A stretch of DNA of 64,000 nt from Candidatus Saccharimonadales bacterium. GTDB taxonomy: Bacteria; Patescibacteriota; Saccharimonadia; Saccharimonadales; JAYRRP01. Both the position numbers and the translations under genes were made by a program. This document shows positions 58,453 to 64,000 of the stretch, in pieces. The number at the start of each line of letters is the position of its first letter. Position 1 is the stretch's first letter. Location: assembly GCA_041910055.1 (NCBI GenBank), contig JAYRRP010000004.1, positions 154,983 through 218,982 of the forward strand, written 5' to 3'. A model generated the notes under the pieces. The model was not told where the DNA came from. It did not search any database and worked only from the letters and a program-made list of their open reading frames with translations.

Positions 58453-58943
58453 TACTTATATATATACCAGCTGCCATGCTTGGCGGCTGGTTTTTTATGA
58501 GGCAGACGAAAGACGTAACTTATAAGCCTAGTACCGTTTGGCATTTCTTCAGCAGCTTTTTTTTCTAACCGGTCCATTGAGTGGGGCACTAAGAAGGTAA
58601 TGACGACATCAGCATCAGACCAACGAATCTTCCAAAAATTACCTAAACGCACTCGTATACGTGGATAGTGCTTTATATTGCGAAGCCAGGCGATAAACCA
58701 CATAAAAGGATTGATTTCATAACCAACACCGCGCATACCGCGCTTAGCCGCTGCAGATAAAAGACGTCCATCCCCACAGCCAAGTTCGATGATGTAGATG
58801 TGCGATTTTTTTACAGCTTCTACATCATCTAATAACTTATCTACATCCGCTTTACGCATCGGTACCCAAGGTGCTCCTGCCAGCCCACCGACCGCAAAAC
58901 CAATTAGGATAACACTAGCGCCGATTAACCAATACATTCGCAC
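58449..58943 (-). CDS. class I SAM-dependent methyltransferase with N-terminal TM helix
   Basis: Motif I is IIELGCGDGRL. The protein is small (164 aa). Confidence 0.65.
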   Translation of the reverse strand: MRMYWLIGASVILIGFAVGGLAGAPWVPMRKADVDKLLDDVEAVKKSHIYIIELGCGDGRLLSAAAKRGMRGVGYEINPFMWFIAWLRNIKHYPRIRVRLGNFWKIRWSDADVVITFLVPHSMDRLEKKAAEEMPNGTRLISYVFRLPHKKPAAKHGSWYIYKY

Positions 58944-59026
58944 TCATTATAATGCGCTTTTACGTACTATATGTCATAAACTTGTGCACACCCGATCATC
59001 AAGGTAATATTAAAGAAATACCTGTT

Positions 59027-60412
59027 ATGGCAAACCAAAATAATAAAGACCTTATTACCAGAGCAGTAGAAGCCCCGGCCCATGCGCTTGAAGCTACCGT
59101 CGAAACATCACAGAAAGTTGCACAAGCTCTGCCAAAAGACAAACTGTTGACTACAGTAAAACGTACTGGCAGCTACTGGAGAACGCTCGGTCCCGGACTC
59201 ACTACCGGTGCATCTGATGATGACCCCTCGGGAATTGCCACCTACTCACAAGCTGGGGCACAGTTTGGTTACCAACTCTTGTGGATGGCCGCTTTTACGT
59301 TTCCCCTCATGGCCTTGGTACAAGAAATGTGTGCACGAATTGGACTGGTGACAGGCAGAGGACTGGCTGGAAATATTCGGCTGCATTTCCCACGCAAAAT
59401 CCTCTATGCTTGTACATTGTTATTGTTCGTAGCAAACAGTTTCAATATTGGTGCAGATCTGGGAGCTATGGCAAAAGGCGTTCAGCTACTTGCTCCACAG
59501 GTTAACTTTTATATGGCAGTTATTGGGTTTGCAACCTTAAGCCTCATGTTGCAGATTTTTACACCGTATGCCAAATATGCCAAGTACCTAAAGTGGCTGG
59601 CGATGGTTTTGCTCGCCTATGTCTTCTCGGCATTACTGGCTCACCTTGACTGGTCAGCTTTAATGACTCACGCTTTTATTCCGGCCATTACGTTTAGTCG
59701 TGACCAACTCCTGCTGATTTGCGCCATATTCGGTACTACAATTTCGCCGTATCTCTTCTTCTGGCAGACCTCTATTGAAGTCGAAGAAGAAATCCAGCAA
59801 GGTAAAACAAATCTGCAGCTCCGACGCGAAACTTCGGCCAAAGAAGTAAAGTCAATGCGAGTAGATGTATGGTCAGGAATGCTACTTTCTAACCTAGTGA
59901 TGTTTTTCATTATTGCCGCTTGCGGGGCAATACTTTTCCGCAATGGTATTACCGCTATTACGAGCGCCTCTCAAGCAGCCGAAGCCCTTCGTCCTTTTGC
60001 AGGGAATGCCACATATTACTTATTTGCTGCAGGCATTATCGGTACTGGTTTACTGGCGATTCCGGTCTTGGCAGGATCTAGTTCTTATGCGCTCGCCGAA
60101 AGTCTCGGCTGGCGACGCGGTCTCAACTATAAGTTGAAACAAGCCTACGCGTTTTACGGCACCATTATTATTTCAATGATAGTTGGCCTGCTACTTAACT
60201 TCATTGGTCTCGATCCAATCAAAGCTCTTATCTATTCAGCGGTAGCTAACGGGATCGTTGCACCACTCGTGCTATTACTTATCGTCATGATGAGCAGCAA
60301 CCGCAAAATTATGGGCGAATGGGTCAACAAACCAAGTGTAACAGCCTTTGGATGGTTGCTGACTGTCGTCATGCTTGTAGCTGGCGTCGCTGCAATATTT
60401 GCCATGGTCTAG
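59027..60412 (+). CDS. NRAMP-family divalent metal transporter
   Basis: GPGLTTGASDDDPSGIATYSQAGAQFGY matches the NRAMP DPGN-region variant, with about 11 TM segments. I chose the start at 59027 (MANQNN). Confidence 0.85.
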   Translation: MANQNNKDLITRAVEAPAHALEATVETSQKVAQALPKDKLLTTVKRTGSYWRTLGPGLTTGASDDDPSGIATYSQAGAQFGYQLLWMAAFTFPLMALVQEMCARIGLVTGRGLAGNIRLHFPRKILYACTLLLFVANSFNIGADLGAMAKGVQLLAPQVNFYMAVIGFATLSLMLQIFTPYAKYAKYLKWLAMVLLAYVFSALLAHLDWSALMTHAFIPAITFSRDQLLLICAIFGTTISPYLFFWQTSIEVEEEIQQGKTNLQLRRETSAKEVKSMRVDVWSGMLLSNLVMFFIIAACGAILFRNGITAITSASQAAEALRPFAGNATYYLFAAGIIGTGLLAIPVLAGSSSYALAESLGWRRGLNYKLKQAYAFYGTIIISMIVGLLLNFIGLDPIKALIYSAVANGIVAPLVLLLIVMMSSNRKIMGEWVNKPSVTAFGWLLTVVMLVAGVAAIFAMV

Positions 60413-60427
60413 TGAAGACTCTTCTGT

Positions 60428-61813
60428 ATGCACACTGAGAAATGGCCAGAAAAAATTGAAGAAGAAATCGAAGAAGAGCTCGACCAATCCCAAAAACTAG
60501 CGTTACAAATAGGCAAAAGTGCGCTAAGCCATCGACGTTTTAGTCGTATTCTACGCATCTTGGGACCCGGTGTAGTCACTGGGGCAGCCGACGATGATCC
60601 GTCGGGAATCGCCACCTACTCACAAGCTGGAGCACAGGCAGGTTTCGGTTTACTCTGGGCTTTCCCAATCATGCTGCCGCTCCTGATAGCCATACAAGAA
60701 ACCTGTGCCCGTATTGGCGCCGTAACTGGCAGGGGATTGGCAGCTGTCATTAAAGATCACTACAGCCGCAAAGTGCTTTATTTTGCCGTGGCGCTTGTTG
60801 TCGTTGCGAACACCATTAACATTGGCGCTGATCTCGGAGCTATGGCAGCCACCTCGCAATTATTTATTAATTGGCCCTACGCCTTGTGGGCTACTATTTA
60901 CGCCGCCTTAATACTGCTGCTCGTACTCACAGTGAGCTACAAGAATTACGCCAAAATCCTTAAGTGGTTAACTCTCACCCTATTGGCATATCCGGCAACT
61001 GTACTTCTAATTGGAATCCCTTGGCGTGAAGCTATTGCTGCTACTTTCACTCCTCATTTATCTCTGAATTATGACGCCATGTTTATTCTCGTGGCTATGT
61101 TCGGCACAACGATTTCGCCTTATTTGTTTTTTTGGGATACTTCAGAAGTAGTAGAAGATGAGATTACTTCGCACCGACTGAAGGATACCAGTACCGCCAC
61201 TCCCGCGATTACTCGCCGGTTCATGAAAAGTATCCGTTTGGACAATATAATTGGCATGGTCATCGCTGTGGCAGCCGCTTGGTTCATTGTAGTCTTGTGT
61301 GGCACTGTGTTGCATGGCAACGGTATACGCGAAATCAACAGCGCGTCCGATGCAGCGAAAGCACTCGAACCCTTAGTCAAAGGCTTTCCTAATGCCGGCT
61401 TAGTCGCACGCATCATTTTTTCGACTGGTATTATCGGTTTGGGCTTGTTGGCCATACCAGTGCTAAGTGGTTCCAGTTCCTACGCCATTAGCGAGGTAAT
61501 TGGCTGGAAAGAGGGACTCCATCGTCGATTTAAGAGAGCAGTAGGATTCTATACTGTAATTATTGGTGCAACACTTATAGGGTTAGCCATCAATTTTGCA
61601 GGCATTAACCCAATCAGAGCCTTAATTTTTACAGCTGTCTTTAACGGTATTGCGTCTATCCCCCTGCTACTGATGATTACTCGGATTAGCAATAATGCAC
61701 GCATAATGGGTAATTATAAAAACAGCAGATTGTCAAATATATTCTTACGGGCAGCGTTTCTCATCATGCTAGGGTGTGGCATATTCTTATTCTTATCAAT
61801 TTTCATGCACTAA
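60428..61813 (+). CDS. NRAMP-family divalent metal transporter (tandem paralogue)
   Basis: GPGVVTGAADDDPSGIATYSQAGAQAGF is present. It is collinear with the upstream paralogue along the whole length. Confidence 0.85.
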   Translation: MHTEKWPEKIEEEIEEELDQSQKLALQIGKSALSHRRFSRILRILGPGVVTGAADDDPSGIATYSQAGAQAGFGLLWAFPIMLPLLIAIQETCARIGAVTGRGLAAVIKDHYSRKVLYFAVALVVVANTINIGADLGAMAATSQLFINWPYALWATIYAALILLLVLTVSYKNYAKILKWLTLTLLAYPATVLLIGIPWREAIAATFTPHLSLNYDAMFILVAMFGTTISPYLFFWDTSEVVEDEITSHRLKDTSTATPAITRRFMKSIRLDNIIGMVIAVAAAWFIVVLCGTVLHGNGIREINSASDAAKALEPLVKGFPNAGLVARIIFSTGIIGLGLLAIPVLSGSSSYAISEVIGWKEGLHRRFKRAVGFYTVIIGATLIGLAINFAGINPIRALIFTAVFNGIASIPLLLMITRISNNARIMGNYKNSRLSNIFLRAAFLIMLGCGIFLFLSIFMH

Positions 61814-61823
61814 TACCTTCTTC

Positions 61824-61840
61824 TGCGAAAAATCTCGTAG
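61824..61840 (+). promoter_or_regulatory. TGCGAAAAATCTCGTAG motif upstream of the YtxH-like gene
   Basis: It matches 62536-62552 at 15 of 17 positions. TAGAGT lies 17 nt after TGCGAA (61847-61852), which could make it a -35/-10 pair. Confidence 0.45.
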
Positions 61841-61898
61841 AGCAATTAGAGTGGATGGCTTTACTCTTAGGGAGGCAAGGTTAAAGAAAGGAGGAGAC

Positions 61899-62195
61899 AT
61901 GCAACAAAAAAACGATAGCGGCAGCAACACTCTTTTAGTTGCAATATTGGCCGGACTATCTGGAATGATCGTCGGTATGTTGATTGCCCCAAGAGAGGGT
62001 AAAGAGACTCGTCGGCGATTACAGGAAGCAATGATGAAAGCCGAGGATCAGGCGGCGAAGGGTATGGAAAAGGCGGGAGTATCGTTAAAAAAGGGCTATC
62101 GTCATACCCAGGACTTTAAAGACCGTTTGCATAATGCCTGGCAAGAAGGGGCGGCTTCTGCCGGAGAAGATAAACTTCTACCGCCCGGTGAGTAA
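61899..62195 (+). CDS. YtxH-domain general-stress-type protein
   Basis: It has an N-terminal TM helix (LLVAILAGLSGMIVGMLIAPREGKETRRRL) followed by a charged helix. A strong SD (AAAGGAGGAG) precedes the start. Confidence 0.7.
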   Translation: MQQKNDSGSNTLLVAILAGLSGMIVGMLIAPREGKETRRRLQEAMMKAEDQAAKGMEKAGVSLKKGYRHTQDFKDRLHNAWQEGAASAGEDKLLPPGE

Positions 62196-62245
62196 GAAAT
62201 TGAAGGCTAATAAGTTGCCACCAATATGGCAGAAAAGGAGTGTTT

Positions 62246-62521
62246 ATGATTTGGAACATCATATCGTGGATTATATTCGGAGCATTGGCTGGCTGGTTAG
62301 CTTCGATTATCATGCGCACAGATGAAGAGCAAGGCGCTATGGGAAATATTGTTGTCGGTATTTTGGGGGCTATCATCGGCGGCGGGATCGCTCGAGCGTT
62401 GATTGGCACAAGTGTCACAGGTTTTAATCTGCCGAGCCTTATTATTGCCATACTTGGCGCCATGTTACTCATCTTCCTATTACAGCTTTTCACAGGCCGC
62501 CGCAGCGCCTTGCACCACTAG
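62246..62521 (+). CDS. GlsB/YeaQ/YmgE-family (transglycosylase-associated) stress membrane protein
   Basis: IISWIIFGALAGWLA...GNIVVGILGAIIGG is typical of the family. An AAAGGAG SD lies upstream of ATG 62246. Confidence 0.8.
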   Translation: MIWNIISWIIFGALAGWLASIIMRTDEEQGAMGNIVVGILGAIIGGGIARALIGTSVTGFNLPSLIIAILGAMLLIFLLQLFTGRRSALHH

Positions 62522-62535
62522 AAAATTACTCTAGG

Positions 62536-62552
62536 TGTGAAAATTCTCGTAG
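62536..62552 (+). promoter_or_regulatory. TGTGAAAATTCTCGTAG motif upstream of the 69-aa gene
   Basis: See 61824-61840 and 11037-11048. It lies 77 nt upstream of ATG 62613. Confidence 0.45.
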
Positions 62553-62612
62553 TTTACGCTATCTAAATAAAGCTATGCTATAGATGCCTAAACGAGGAGG
62601 GGAGAGGCAAAG

Positions 62613-62822
62613 ATGAGGTCATTAATGCGTAAGTTGTGGCGTGCGGGAAGCGCACCTACGCCGGACGGTGACACCAGTTTCTGGTGGTTTGAAGCCGACG
62701 ACAACGAAGAAACAAGGAAATTCTTCGATCACTACTCTTTGTGGAAAGAGTATGAGACTGACGATCCGGCCCAGCAGCATCCCATGTACGGCTCAGTGCC
62801 ACCAATGCATGCCCAACCATAA
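62613..62822 (+). CDS. small hypothetical protein (69 aa)
   Basis: It has a strong SD (GAGGAGGGGAG) and lies downstream of the shared motif. Confidence 0.5.
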   Translation: MRSLMRKLWRAGSAPTPDGDTSFWWFEADDNEETRKFFDHYSLWKEYETDDPAQQHPMYGSVPPMHAQP

Positions 62823-62827
62823 GCTAA

Positions 62828-64000
62828 CTATTCATACCGTAGTGCGTCAATCGGGTCTTTACGCGCGGCTTTATAAGCCGGCGTTAAGCCAAAGATGATT
62901 CCTACTGCCAGGGAAACACCAGTGGCAATAAGTACAATTTGCCAGTTGATAACCGGTTTAATGTCAGTCGTTATCCTTATTAAATAGTTACAAATAAACG
63001 AGAGGGCAATTCCTATAATTGCGCCGCACACACTGAGTACCGTCGCTTCGGTAAGAAACTGAGCAAGAATTTGTCGATTTGTTGCTCCAATTGCTTTGCG
63101 AATACCTATTTCCTTCGTTCTTTCTGTTACCGAGACTAGCATGATATTCATTATGCCAATGCCACCTACAAGTAAGGAAATGGCTGCCACGCCAGCAATC
63201 AAGCCAGTCAATAAATTAAGAATGTTGGAAGTAACCGATAGATTCTCGTCTTGTTTGAGGATAGTGAAGTCACTGTCGCCACCTCGCAAATTACTAAGCG
63301 ATTGATTAATGCTGCCGAGAACTTGGTCAACCTGGCTGGGATCGCGTGGTCGCGCCAGGACTTCAACTATTTGGAGGTTGCCCCCGGCAAGTTGTTTTGC
63401 GGTCGGATAGGGGATAAACACTGCCTTATTAAAATCATTATTGGCATTGAGGATATTCGGCGCAAATTCTTCAAACACTCCACGCACTACATACTCTTCT
63501 CCACGAATTTTTAGCGTCATACCGATAGGGGCATTTTCCTGAAACAATTTCTCTGCTACTCGTTTGCCAATAACTGCCACGTGACGTTGTGATTCTCCTT
63601 CGCTAAAAAAATTGCCGAATTCTAATTTTTGCTGGATAAGAGCAGGATAATCATGGCTAACACCTAACACAAAACTACCATCTAGCTGACTGCTGTCAGA
63701 GCGGGCAGGCGTGCTAATAAAGCCAAGTGGAGAGGAAAGTTTGACGCTTTCAACTTGCTGAATAGCTTGCATGTCTTGGTCGCTGAGACTACCGCTGCCG
63801 AATCCCAAATTGCTGCTCAAATTTACCCGCGTAATTTTGCCGCTGCTGTCACGTTCCACAATTTTGCCTGGACGCACCGTGAGCAAATCCTTACCTAAAT
63901 CATTGATTTGTCCGACAATTTGCTGTTTTACCCCCTCACCGAGACTTACCGTTGTCACCACGGAAACGATTCCGATAACAATACCGAACATTGTCAGCAC
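62828..64000 (-). CDS. MacB/FtsX-type ABC transporter permease, N-terminus outside the window
   Basis: It has a large periplasmic MacB_PCD-like domain between TM1 and the C-terminal FtsX domain (ERTKEIGIRKAIGA...YPAxKAARxDPIxALRYE-type ending). The first ~15-20 aa are missing at the window edge. Confidence 0.85.
   Translation of the reverse strand: MLTMFGIVIGIVSVVTTVSLGEGVKQQIVGQINDLGKDLLTVRPGKIVERDSSGKITRVNLSSNLGFGSGSLSDQDMQAIQQVESVKLSSPLGFISTPARSDSSQLDGSFVLGVSHDYPALIQQKLEFGNFFSEGESQRHVAVIGKRVAEKLFQENAPIGMTLKIRGEEYVVRGVFEEFAPNILNANNDFNKAVFIPYPTAKQLAGGNLQIVEVLARPRDPSQVDQVLGSINQSLSNLRGGDSDFTILKQDENLSVTSNILNLLTGLIAGVAAISLLVGGIGIMNIMLVSVTERTKEIGIRKAIGATNRQILAQFLTEATVLSVCGAIIGIALSFICNYLIRITTDIKPVINWQIVLIATGVSLAVGIIFGLTPAYKAARKDPIDALRYE

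Overview
The window is a gene-dense bacterial sequence that reads well in the standard code (no in-frame UGA problems). By content it looks like a reduced-genome, Gram-positive-type CPR/Patescibacteria organism, plausibly Saccharibacteria; that taxonomic call is inference only. The core backbone includes guaB, an MprF-like lipid aminoacylase, NDH-2, a UvrD/AddA-like helicase-nuclease, an aquaporin, a complete F1Fo ATP synthase operon, hsp20, smpB, an L,D-transpeptidase, a sortase with its LAxTG substrate, a histidine kinase and two tandem NRAMP transporters. I found no rRNA and no CRISPR array. Three mobile or accessory features stand out. (1) At the left edge, a large serine recombinase abuts a 3' fragment of purA, so purA is split by an element lying mostly outside the window. 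(2) An integrated element of about 11 kb (about 45.9-57.1 kb) carries a rolling-circle Rep, a SpoVG-like gene, an excisionase-like HTH, a second large serine recombinase and an operon of Nudix, MazG, HAD, SRPBCC and beta-lactamase-fold hydrolases. (3) Its recombinase ORF reads into a tRNA-Asn(GUU) gene that is interrupted in the anticodon loop by a group I intron carrying an HNH endonuclease ORF. The best candidate for an undescribed system is a tightly coupled four-gene operon at 42.0-45.5 kb, between tRNA-Ser and that element. It encodes a minimal thymidylate-synthase-fold protein, a GTP-cyclohydrolase-II-like protein with a novel ~190-aa N-terminal extension, an OMP-decarboxylase-like protein and a guanylate-kinase-like protein, with a convergent Zn-ribbon gene abutting it. 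I read this as a possible non-canonical nucleotide pathway. Smaller oddities are an extra translationally coupled 81-aa gene between atpD and atpC, a CIRCE-like operator on the hsp20 promoter, and a 12-nt motif shared upstream of three small stress-type genes.
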